Assembly: GCA_973895155.1 (NCBI GenBank)
Contig: OZ316892.1
Coordinates: 2,979,223-3,043,222 of the forward strand
Source of the DNA: Marsupella aquatica
Lineage: Eukaryota > Plantae > Marchantiophyta
DNA: 64,000 nucleotides
Reading direction: 5' to 3'
Shown here piece after piece: positions 27,099 to 39,200 of the stretch (position 1 is the stretch's first letter; each line of letters starts with the position of its first letter). The translations under genes were made by a program, and so were the position numbers. The notes below the pieces were generated by a model. The model saw nothing but the letters and a program-made list of their open reading frames with translations, was not told the DNA's origin and ran no database searches.

Positions 27099-30000
27099 CT
27101 CCCTCTTCTTCCCTACTACCGACAGCTCTGGTAGTAACACAGCTTCCTCCACTGCACGCCACACCGATGATCGTACCGGTGTTACAAGTTCTTCCTCAAA
27201 CGGTAGCAACTCCTCTTCAGACTCTCTGTCTGACCGTCGTGATCTTAATGGTGGATCTTTTCCACCCAGCGCCCTCACCAATCCCAGCACTTGCACCTAA
27301 GTGCCCTTAGTGCCCGAACACCTCCACGGAATACCTCGAGCAAACATCTGAATGCCTCTAGCACCACCCGCGGCCGCTCCCATACGAAGCCGCACTTGCT
27401 CACCTATATGACCGCTACTCAACGGTCCTCACTGTCTGCACAAGCAACCAAGCACCATGATAAGTAACCCCACCGGATCTAGAACTCGCCAAGTCTAGCA
27501 TCCTAACTCAAGCTCAACAGACGTTGGTAAATAGGTCAGCAATAGGTCCTCCCAATGCCATAAGCCGGAACCAGAACCCACGCTCACTGTCCGTCCAGGA
27601 CAGCTCCTTCCTTGGGCGCGGCCTGGGTTCCTCCTCGTACCTATCCATCACCAACTGACCGCCCTGACCTCAGGACATGCTCATGGCCCAATTAGCGTAG
27701 CTTGTCCTAAAACTTGTCCCAAGCTTGTCTCAACACGCCGGGACCATAATGGCCCGACTCTAACACCGACTCCCGGTTTGCCCCACTGATGGTCTAGGGA
27801 CCGAGCGCCCTTGGGACTCAGCCTCCTTACCTACTTGGCTTTGCCTCCCCAACGCAAGCTCCCATGGGAGGCTGAACGCGGCTTGGCTGCTGTTCGGCAA
27901 GATTTGGCAAACAGGCGAACTAACCCCCGCAAACCACGAGAACCCATGGCACCCCCAGACTCAGCTGAGCTCAAGAGGGCATAGCCCTCCTCAAGAGCTT
28001 TCCAACACACCTAAGAAGTCCTCCAACAGACTTTCCGTTGGGAAGATATCGTCATTTCCGTTTGGCGGTTTCCCTTAGTGTCGCGACGGCCACGGTTCAC
28101 GACTTTGGCTCGCCCTTAGCCCCTAGGGAGACACCACTCCCCTCATATATGCTTCTGGAGACCTGCCACCCCCGGACCAGCTTTGGTCCCTAACATTTGG
28201 CTCCCAACCCGGATCCTATCTCGCATAATGGGCGCGCCATCAACTGGCAACGCCCATAACTTTCTTGATTCGCGTCCGCAAGCAGAGTGCCTTAGCCCGT
28301 TGTGACCAGGTTGACCCAGTGCTCATGCCTAGGCCCTCAGGTCTGATCGCCGCTCGGGGCAACGGTCAGGCCACAACTTGCACCCCAAGCGTCCGTTGCC
28401 AATGGCGTCAACTCCATTGGCCTTGGGCCCAAGACGAGCTCACTCCCAAGCCCTCAGAACTCAAAGCCCATCCGACGGTCCGGACGGCCATCCATGAGCC
28501 CGGCCCATTTCCCTTTGACCCGACCAGCCATAGGCTAGTCCAAGTCTGTATCCCCAGCTTGGCCCCTTGCCTCTCCAGTGCCACGTCTCATTGCCCACAA
28601 GTATCCCCATGCTAAGTCCTCCCCGGATGGCCTATCCGGGCCTGGACCATAAGGGAGCTAAGTGTTACAGTAGTCGAGTTCTGCAACTATCTTGAAGCTC
28701 CACCAATGCCAATTCTTCCAGTATCCTCCGAGTCACTCATATGAAACAATCACGAAAAAATGTCTTTTTTTGAAACTTCTCATAAAACTCCAAACTCAAC
28801 ACTGCCGCGTAGCCCACAAAGCTAGGAGTCCAATACTGAAAGCCGAAATCAAAATCAAAATTCGACGGAAAAGTTATTCAAATTTTGGTTGAGGTGGGTA
28901 AAACCTTGGGAAACTCCCCCGTTTTGACCACCTCGGAGAATAACCAAAATACCCAGTACAACCCGTCGTTGAAATCGCGATGTGATCGGTGCGCCGCGTT
29001 GCCAACTCCAGTGGCAACGTCCTCACCAAAAAAGAACCCAAAAAGTTATTGTTTGGCGGACAGAATCTTCATTGGACGGCCAAAAAACAGCTCTCTATTT
29101 TTCGGGAATATTCCCGCACAGTACAACAGGTCTCACAGGGGGCCGTTCCCCCTGTCCAAGCGGTTAAAACGGAGGGCAGGTCCCGGCACAAAGGGAAACC
29201 AATAAGGAGGAAAAAAGAGGCAAAATAATGGCCCTAAAGGGGGTGCTGAAGCCCCTAATCAAAAAATATAGTATAAATTGGCGGGCCCAAAGGGCGTAAG
29301 GCCGGGAGTATGCCCTGGGGATTCTTGGGCGGTGTATTAGAGCGGACGCGTATGCAGCCGCGTACACATGCAGGGCCGGACATACGACGTCAAGGCAGGG
29401 CCGAGGCAGCGATTGGCGTGGTATGGCGGAGGGCGTACAAGCACGCGAAAAGCGCCGGCCGGTGTTGCACAACTCGTCGTCGCGGCTGATGGATGAGGGG
29501 AAAACGAGGTGTGGGGGGGAGTTGGGTGTACAAGGGGAAACGACGGGGGACCAAGGGTCGGGAGGGTGTGTATACACACCAAAAGTGGCCCTAACGTAAG
29601 CCAAGATTTGACTTTAAAACAAAAAAGCAGTTTACACACCTTGAACGCCGCTGCTTCTCACGAGTAAAGTGAACGTCGTCGACGGGAAATGTTGCCGAAT
29701 TGCACCTGCACAATCTGCAGCTCCAACAGAGAAAAAAATAAAAAAATTATGCCGCATCGTCTTTACTCCGCGTCAAGTGCCAATCCCGAGCTCAAAACGA
29801 CCGCCTCACCACGATCACACCGTTGAGCCGTATCACTTTGCGTTTCTTCCACCGAGTCGGACGTCACGAAGAGAAACCCGGTTCAGATGAGAACAAGCTC
29901 CATAGCTTGTGAAAAAACCTGAACGCCTTCGTCACTTGTCACGTCGCACTTGGTAACAACTCGGTAACAAATCAGCTACCAAAACGACCAGCTTGCTTCA

Positions 30001-30322
30001 ACCTTCAACTTGAGCTACAACATGCGACGCCTCCCGCACCGCACAACTCACACCGTTGAAAAACACAAACTTTGGTCTCTCCCTCGAAGAACCGTCAAAC
30101 ACGAATAAAACCTGAACGACGCAAACTTTGATTCCTCCGCACCATGGATACCGATCAGCGAGTTCTAACCACCGTTAGAAAGCCCTCTCACTAACCTATC
30201 CGCACAGCCACACACATTCAAGTTTCATGCGACGAAACTCTGAATATACCATCAACAATGAACGTTGGAAAAACCTGTCACGAAAAAACCTCGTCACCTC
30301 CCAGGCATGCTCTGATACCACT

Positions 30323-30665
30323 TGTTGAGCAAAGACGACATTCATAACGGCAAGCCCATGAACCATCCAACGCACAAGAGTCAACACAGAGAGATACGTG
30401 GTTCACCTCCACATGAGGTTACGTCCACGGGAACACACAAGAGCTTTACTGCACTCTAGGCCGACCGGCTATACCAAGCATCCACAGCACAAGCTCTCCC
30501 TATCTCTCAACTAGCTCCGTAACAATGAGCCTAAGTTCCACCAGGGTCTGGCATCAGCCCTGACTATATGCACAACAGCACTACTGCTAACATTAGCTAA
30601 GTCCTAACCTGAATTAAACTAACTGTGGTTCGCTCATAGTCACAAGACTAGAGCAATATCTAACA
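30323..30665 (-). repeat. 5' LTR of the copia element (343 bp)
   Basis: Adjacent to the PBS; direct repeat of 22496-22839. Confidence 0.95.
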
Positions 30666-32769
30666 CCATGTAGAGCACTTCAAATATATTCAGCTCATAC
30701 GTAGGAGTGAATGACTGAAAAGAGGAGTTGTCTTAAAGAAGCTTATAAGCTTGCGGCTAGACTATGGTGGATGTGGTGGGATTATGCATAGTGATGAATC
30801 TCTTGGTTGTGGACATAGCCCAGATAGGGGAATCACCTATCTTTGTGACTTTTGATATTGAATGTTGGGTTGTACACTTGTTCTCTAGTGGTTCTCTGAG
30901 ACCTTGTGTTGTGCAATGTTCATTTTGCATTTATCTTAGTCATGCACTCGACTGAGATAATCAATTAAATAAATTAGAGTCATGCAACCACTCCTTGACC
31001 AAGTAAGCCTAAGAGCAAAAAAATACTAGTATTGATGTTATCTGAATACACATTCAGTAGATCTTGCACATGCTAGGAATCCTATCCAAATAGAGATTTG
31101 GGTGAAAACCATTTGAGCTTACTAGCTTGTTGGAGAAGAAGTCACACAAACCAACAATACCAATGAGGACAAGTGGTTTTATGGCCCTACTTTGTTGCTT
31201 GTGAGGAAACTAACGCATGTTCTCTCACAAAGGTTGTTGGAGCTCATTTCCATGCCTCAATTGCTCAAGGACCACCCTTGTCTCAATCCCGGTCTCAATA
31301 TGGATGTAAACCAAATAGATCTCCTTCATACCTATGCAGGCCTCAATATCATTTTGTGGCACACTTCATGCCAAAAATTTCCAACAACCCACAAGATGAG
31401 TTCACAGTCAAGCTCATGAATTGGCTTGACATGCAAGAGGTTTGGTCTAAAACTAATGATGTTGATCACGTTTGTTGTGTTGGTCATTGTTAACGGTTGA
31501 ATGAGAGAATTATATGTATTGTTTATTAAACCTAAACTTGCAACCTCAATTTTTCTTTGTCCTGCCCACCCTAACCTTCCACCCATTTTCTGTTTTTGGT
31601 CCCCAATCCTATCTTGCTTTTTTCTTTAATTCCCTTCAATCTCTTTCATCTGTTTGGTTTGATGAGGATGCTTTGGGAATCTATTTTTTAAAAATTTATT
31701 AAGTAAGTACAGTAGGTCCTAAGCTAGGTAGCAGCTTAAAATTCTCAGCCCAAATGGGATTGAGACAACAAGTTATGGCTAACAACCTCTTTTGATGCAT
31801 CTTAGGATGCTGACATATCCCAGTAGCACAGGAAAAACTTTGCAAAAACCCCCAAAGGACAATTATCTAACTTAAGTCTTGTGCGTTAAGTATCAACATT
31901 TGATCTCACTCTCCAATCTAAGAATTCCAACAACATGCATCTTTCCTTGGGTCGGACCTTTGTGCACTGTTGTTCACCATCCTCTTTGTTAGCAAATGAT
32001 CAATCAAATGGGTTGATCAGTCAGGGTTGAACTGCTAGAGTTGGTCATTGTTGTTTGCTATGTAAATGAATTAAATATAAAAAGTTATTATAATTTAAAG
32101 AGTAAATAAAATGTTCCTATCTTGTCCAATATGTAACTTTTTTGCCTCATTCTTTGTTCTTGTTGATTTTCACTTTTAAAAACTTTTTATTGCTCCTGGG
32201 CCATTTTTTTTGGCGTCGTCTCAAACACAAACAGTTGTGTTTGTTTGGGTGTTTGTTTATCATTGCAAACATCTCTATTTGTGTTTGTGGCAGGAATTGC
32301 TGACATGTGCAACCATAGACCAAGAAGTTTTCAAGAAACTTGTTGTGGGGGTCCATAACAAGTTCTTATCATGGTACAACACTGCCAAATATTAAAAAGT
32401 GCTAAACTAGGAGACAAGATGTCAAAGGCAGGAGACCTAATGAATTAATCCGTGGATCCCCATGTTGTACAACATTGATTTTTATTCACGTTAGAGATTA
32501 CAAAATCACGGGTATCTTCTAATTTTCAAATTACTTACACAATTCTTATCGAATGGTGAAAATGCTGAGCTCATTAGGACCGACTCTTCAAGATATTTCC
32601 AACGCCATATTATACGCGAGTTTTCATTATGATTTGACTCAGCAATGTTAGAATCAAAAATTGCTGCCCGAAATATTTTATGTTTTGAATAAAATCAAAA
32701 TGTAAATAAAACCGTTACTAGGAGCAGTTTTACCTCAATCTTTTTGTCTTTTTATTTGCATGTCAGATT

Positions 32770-34170
32770 TTTTTACATTCTTTTTTACGGCATGGCGTCC
32801 CAGTTTTTACAACAAAGTTGCCACAAACACGAATACAACAGTTAATTTTATCCAAAAACAAGCCTCTTCCTGTTTGGAGCATGCCATGATGATGTGGCAC
32901 GCTGTGAAGCCAGGAATTTTGGAAAGGACCCCTATTAATGGGGGTCCGTAAAGAGAAACAACACGGGAAAACCCAAAAAGACCAAAGAGCCAAAAAACCC
33001 AAGAGTCTCAAACAAAGGCCAAAAAATGGAAGCCCTTCAAGCAACAATCTAGAGTAAACTGTGTGGGAGAGTCGGCAACTTGATTCAAGGGCATTTATGG
33101 GCACCATTTATCTCAATCAAACAGGGATAAGTCCCATCTACCAACTACATTTGATTTTTGCTGTTTTGCAACTCCAAAGAGCGCAAGAGCCCAGGCAAAA
33201 CATGATAGCATTGATACAATATTAATTAAGATACAAATTTCAAAATATTCCATGCAAACCTAGGGAATCAATCATATTTAATCAAAAGGTTTGGAATGCA
33301 GGTCCCATGTCAGCTGATAGTTTAATCAAGAAGAAGGTACACAGACTTATAAATGAATAATTAGTTGTGGACCCCTTGGCTAATAAAATCAGGGGGAAGA
33401 GTCGATCTGAGCCGTCTCCATTTCTTATCTCCGGAAATCTCGTCGTCCATCATAATGGCCAATCTATGGCTCAAAAGAAATAGATCTATGGATGGGTTCT
33501 GTCCGTTTTGCAAATGGGTTAATATTTTTCAAATGAAAAATTAACCAATCCAAGCCTTATTTTGTTGATTTTACAATCTTCGCCATCCATTTTGTAATGC
33601 CTCTAGAAATCTTATTTATCCATGTTAGAAGGCGATCTAGGGTGCAAAAGAAAGATCTCAATGAGATCTACGATTGGGTATTTTTTGTTTTGAGAATGAG
33701 TAAATATTTTTTAGTATAAAATTCGATGAACTTTCAAGATTCCAGCCATTCCTCCTCCCCGATCCTGGGTTTCTATGTGCTCTTCCCAGCATTAATGGCC
33801 GTACAATACGAGAGGTCCTTACATACCTGGAGTTGCGGTTTAACAAGGAAGTTATCAAGTTAATTATTAGTCATTTATTATATAAAAAATACTTTTTATA
33901 AATCTTTGAATTTAAGTTTTAAAGTTGAAAATGTAACTAAAATGGTTACATAGTTACAGTTTTAACCGTCTTGCTCTTTGCATTTCCAATGTTTTTACTT
34001 TTCTTTTTACGGCACGACGTCCCAAAATTTACACCAAAATTGACACAAATACGAATGAAAACTATAAGTTTGATTCACAAAACCGACAAGTCTTGTTTAT
34101 TGTGATTATTGTTGACGTGGCACACTGTGGTGCCAGGAATTTTGGAAGGGACCTTCAATGGGGTCCGTAC
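32770..34170 (+). repeat. Two diverged ~180-nt direct repeats (about 32770-32950 and 33995-34170), each ending in a GGACC..GGTCC hairpin
   Basis: Both contain ttttttacggca.g.cgtccca...gtggcac.ctgtg..gccaggaattttggaa.ggacc...aatggggtccgta. Confidence 0.75.
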
Positions 34171-35759
34171 CAAGTTCTTCTCTGGGCCATTGATCTCAAT
34201 CATGGATGACGTGATTGATCAAATTATTATTTTTTAGGCTGCTCTAATTTATAAATTTGAGTTGTGCAACCATGCCTTGCAAGCCCAACACAAATTGTGG
34301 TGGTATTGAGGGGTTGTAAGAACACCTAAAGGAACAGTTACAATTTTCCCACACCAAATGGAGTGCCGTTTTCAGCCTATCTAGGCTTCCAGGGCAGCTT
34401 ATTTTTCAAGGTTTTTTGCTTTTAGCAATTGTGGCCAATGTCAGCAGCTCTAAAGGAGGAGATGCTAAGAATATTCTTTGTCAATTTCTCCTGGATTATA
34501 TCCTGACCGTCAGATGACTGTTAGATTCTGGTAAATGGGGTCTAGGATTTGGTGGGAAAGTGTTTAACCGCATACAAAGAATCTAGCCAAGTTTTAGCCA
34601 GAAGTGGCGAACACTTTCTGCCGAGGTGGAATTTGGCAAAAAATTGCACCTAAAATATAAGCTGTTTGGGCTCTGTGTAATACAATCAATGCAAACCAAG
34701 AGACCACCTCCATCTGGTGTGGGAATGCAATCAATGCAAACCAAGATCCCACCTACATATTGTTTGGGACCCACCAACTGCCATGTTGGCAGGGGAAAAG
34801 CTGAGCGTAAACTACCAGTGTCCCCAAAGCAAAGCCTTGTGGATCCATATTAAAATAAGTCAAAAATGTTCTCAAGAAAGAAAAAACTCACTACCTGTAT
34901 TGCCGAACATCCTGGACAGTGGCAGTTTAAATAAGCTCCACTAGCACAAATGCAAAACCTGGTGGATCCAGGCAGGTTACTAAAATAAGTCCAATATATT
35001 ATTCTCAAGAAAATAAATAATTCTATATTTTTGTCCTTCCATAACCTGATGCTAGTGAAGGGTTGTCTTGCATGTGCAAGGGTCCTAACCAGCCCACAAA
35101 TGTTGGGAAGAAGTGTAAACCTGAATCTAAACTCAATCAAAGAAGGCAATGAGTGTGACACGCCCCTTGAGTTGTACCTGTTGCAATTTTGTTGGATTCT
35201 CTTTTGAAGGTTAGGGACCTCAAGGGCTGGAAAATTTCCTGCCTTTGACCCCCCACAAAATATGCCATCAGGACTGCCTTATTGCTGCAACGTTTTGAAG
35301 TGACACGGGTTCACTTGAGGGCAGGAAAACCAAGGACCTTGCACAATGCAAGACTACTCTAAACCCAACGGACCTTTTACAGTCTAGAGGACCTATCAAA
35401 CTAAATAAATTAACCAGGGAAATGAAATCTCAATGTCCCAAGAACTCTTTTACAGGTAGGAGACACCTGTCATACTAAGTTGATGAAATCTCAGTCTAGC
35501 AAATGAAAAAATACCCCCTTAAGGATACCAATGACCAGTTCTTCTTATCTGGGCCGTTCATCTCAGTCATGGACGGCTCAAAGTTGATCACATCAATAGA
35601 TTCGAGTCCTGCAACCGCGCCTTGACAGAGCCGCAAGCCCAACGCAAAACGTGGTCGCATTGATATGGTCTTTGCGTCAGCGCCTGCGTCCGTTTTGGTA
35701 CGTGTGCCTCCATAGCTCAGTCCTCCTCGTTCAGTTCACTTTCGGACTTTCGGCGTCTT

Positions 35760-35795
35760 GATTTGATTTGATTTGATTTGATTTTGATCTGATCT
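35760..35795 (+). repeat. (GATTT)n microsatellite in the probable 5' leader of the SF3B3-like gene
   Basis: gatttgatttgatttgatttgattttgatctgatct. Confidence 0.8.
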
Positions 35796-36286
35796 ACAGT
35801 GCCCATCTCCCCATTCCAATCCCCTCCCGCGAAGTGCACCGTTCGGACTGCGGAGTGAGCAAATTGATTTTTTTGCGCTCAAGTTACACCGTCTTGCGTC
35901 AATGTCTATGGATACTGTAGTCCTCTTTGAAGATTGATTGACTCCACTCTGTCCCCGTGTTCAATTGTGTGTTCATCTATTTTTTGAAGCCCCCCTTTTC
36001 TGCTCATTTCTACCCTAATCTCCTCTTCTCTTCTCTCCTCTCCGGTCGTATTCGGTTGGGTCTAGCGAATTGATTGCATTTCTGTGCATGGGGGCAGCCA
36101 GCAGCCGAGCAAATTCGATCAATGACAACGGTGTGAATTTGAGAGAGATTATTGGAAAAGAGAATGGTTCGGCAGGCAATGTGAAGGAGGCGGTAGAGGA
36201 CGAGGGTAGCATTGCCTGAATGAAATGAGGATTTTACAGGGCTTTTGCGGAAATTGTGAGGGTCGAAAATTATCATCGTTAACAAA

Positions 36287-39200
36287 ATGATTCCACCGGA
36301 CAGTCCTCCGAATGTGCAGGCATCGTCGCTGTATCTGGCGAAATGTGTGCTTCGCAGCAGCGTGGTGTTGCAAGCGGTGTATGGGCACTTCCGTTCACCG
36401 TCTTCTCTCGACCTCGTCTTGGGCAAGGTGTGTTATATTTGTAGGGCGGGCCGAAAAATCTTTGCTGGCAATTCCTTCTGCAGCAAATTCGACATCCGAG
36501 GGAAAGTTGTCTGCTTTGTTGGGTGATGAGGTCGACTGCACTCTCGTTTGCCGGTCAGAATCGTAACAGAACACTAACACTAAGGAATTGATTCAATTCT
36601 TGATTAAAATATTTCATATTAGAGTGGTTGAACTACTTTCGCGACTGAAGGGAATCGTGGACTACGTTCGTTTTGTCTTCATGTTTTTTAGGGCCTAGGG
36701 GAGCAAAGAATTTAATTGTACTTATTTTTACGATTAAGACATTCGCTGCCTGGATTGCTTCGGCATGAATCTGTTGCGACATCTCGTTCCTGTTCTTTTT
36801 TTCGACGGCCCTCCAGTTATAACACGTAATTCATACTTCTGCAGTCTGGTGCTTCATTTTTTTCAGCGCCAGTCCAGTGTGTTGTCTCTCGTTAATCTGT
36901 GTTGATATCTTCTCATCTCTGTACGGCAGGTTTTAGGCATCTAGTGGAGGTCTTGGAGTTAGATCTGCTATCTAGTTAGTCTCCTGTGTTCACTGCCCAC
37001 TTCTATCTTATATGTGGTTCCATCTTGGCAGTCGTTGTAAATCTTGGTCTCACGGCCGTTGGTATGAATTTATTCATTCATCTCTGTGGTGCTGATGTTC
37101 GGACGCTTACCTCTGTTGACAAATTTGCTGCAAGAGGTTGTGTTATGGACTTCATATTTTATTTGTCAATTTTCACGTATCTGGAGTTCAGATGAACCTA
37201 ATTGTCCTTTTTGATAGACTAAAAGGGTTAGCTTAGGCAAGATACGTTTCTCTGGCCTCTCCCACTTCAAAGGGGGTATCTTGCATAACCTAACCTCATT
37301 GTGGGTCAGGGTCTATTGATGAACCATAGCGAGGCTCCAATCTACTTTCGAGATGATTCAGGAAGTACCTTAGACTGGGATTCTCACCAAACTTAACTGG
37401 CAGAGATGCTTTCTTGCTACCAGACGTTTTCTAACAGGCAAAGGAAAATGCTTGGGGTGAATTGCAGGAATCGGCTTTGGAGCTTGCCGTTGTGAGTGAG
37501 GTTGGAGTTGTTGAATCTGTATGTGAACAACCTGTTTTTGGCAGCATCAAAGATCTTCGGGTCTTACCTTGGAATGAGAATTTCCGTGGTGCCCAGCCTG
37601 AGGTCTCTGCGAAGTCCAGGACATGAACTCTCTTTTCAATTATGTGTTCTGAAATGGGCTCCCGAAGCTTGACGACTTTGTTGTATTGAGATATTCACTT
37701 AGTTTCTGGTAATCGATCTCTCTGTTTGAACCATGTGGTACAGCTCCATGGAAAAGATCTGTTGGTCCTCCTTTCTGACTCCGGGAAGCTATCGTTTCTC
37801 ACCTTCAGCATGGACTTGCACAGGTTTGTGTCTTTTGACCTATTGATCATGTGACATCAGCTCAGGTTGTGTTCTTTTGACAAATAGCTAATTTCATGGA
37901 TTTCGGTACGAGGTCTTGTACTTCAAGTTTGGCGTTGGTGGTTGCTCTGTTTAGTTGTCAGCAAAAACACTTGGTAGTCGGAATAGAATCATGAGTTGTC
38001 CTTATCCGAATGTTTGGGATTCATTAATATTTGAGGTCTATCCGTTATAGAACCTCGAATTTGCACTATCTGATATTCTATTTCTTTCTCATTCACCATT
38101 TGATTGTGGAGAAAAAATTCCAGGTGCGTCAGTCTTAATAGTCAACGTTCAGAACTTGATGCTCGTTTTTCTCTCTACACCTTGCTTAGTTTTCTAGCAA
38201 TTGGAATACGAATGATTTACAGGGCACCCCGTTGAAGTCAGGGGATTGATTCGTAGTGATATATATTTTTGCCTTAAACAAATTTGTGGGATGCAGATTC
38301 CTTGGAGTTTCACACACATTTCTGTCTTCGCCAGGAAGTACAGGCAAGGATGTTGGTCGTTTATTGGCAGTTGAACCCAGGTAATTGACGTCCTGGGAAA
38401 TACTGGCATGGTAATAGACAAGTGAATTTCTGGATAATTCTTTGTTTATTTAGGTCATGTTTGTTTTGAATATACATCGGTGGCAATATTGGAAGCTTTG
38501 CGGAGTAATGGAAGCGAGATCTTTCGCTGCAAACTCATTCTTAGGTCCGGTGCATAGAATAGATTTCAAAGAAAAGTTGTGTTTCTCTCAGGGGACGCGC
38601 TGTTGCTGTTGCTGGATTCGAGGACAGAGTTGCAGTGTTTCCAACCTCCGTAGCTGCAGGAAATAATGTGCTTGAGAAGGTTGTTAAGTAATCCTTCCTA
38701 TGGATTTTCGTTTGTTCCAACGTTTGTGTACAGTGTTTGCCCAAATCTTGGGCTGCTTCTTGGAAGATTTGAAGTATCGTGGCAAATCGAGTTGAGATAG
38801 ATCTGAACTATTTTGCTCGTCGAAAAGTTGTTATATACTTGCTTCGTGTTTTGATGGTTGAATGTCCTCGACAACAGCTGCTGTTTGAAGTTACATCCTA
38901 GTCATTTTCCTTCGTGTGTTGTCACTTCATGGGCAGGTGGCTGGCAGTGTCCATCGCTTGAGTAGTTTGTTTGGGCATGATGTTTATTCGGCCCCACCTT
39001 TCCGTTTTTGTAGTTGTCTTTATCTTTTATTACAGCCAGAGTTGTCATGATTAAGGATTTTGACACATACTTTTGAAGAAATGGAATTTTCCGAAAGCAG
39101 AGATGCATCAAAACAGAAATTCTGTTGAAGTTGGCACTCTGTTCTCTTGCGCTTGCTGGCTTTAACTGCTGTTTTTCTGGGGCTCTTGGGAAAGGTAGAG

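Larger units (their letters stand above)
22496..30665 (-). mobile_element. Full-length Ty1/copia LTR retrotransposon (Tnt1/Tork-like), decayed
   Basis: LTRs at 22496-22839 and 30323-30665 (TG...CA). 5-bp TSD CCATG at 22491-22495 and 30666-30670. tRNA-iMet PBS TGGTATCAGAGC on the minus strand at 30309-30320. PPT (minus AAGGGGGAG) next to the left LTR. Domain order gag-PR-INT-RT-RH. Confidence 0.97.

Noticed and set aside
28265-29890. 100-146-aa ORFs inside the copia leader as an extra (env-like) gene
   Set aside because: GC-rich overlapping frames on both strands with no transmembrane or domain pattern, and they lie upstream of gag rather than after pol.
30700-31500. Possible LINE or other TE coding fragment right of the copia element
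   Set aside because: No RT or endonuclease motif could be identified by eye.
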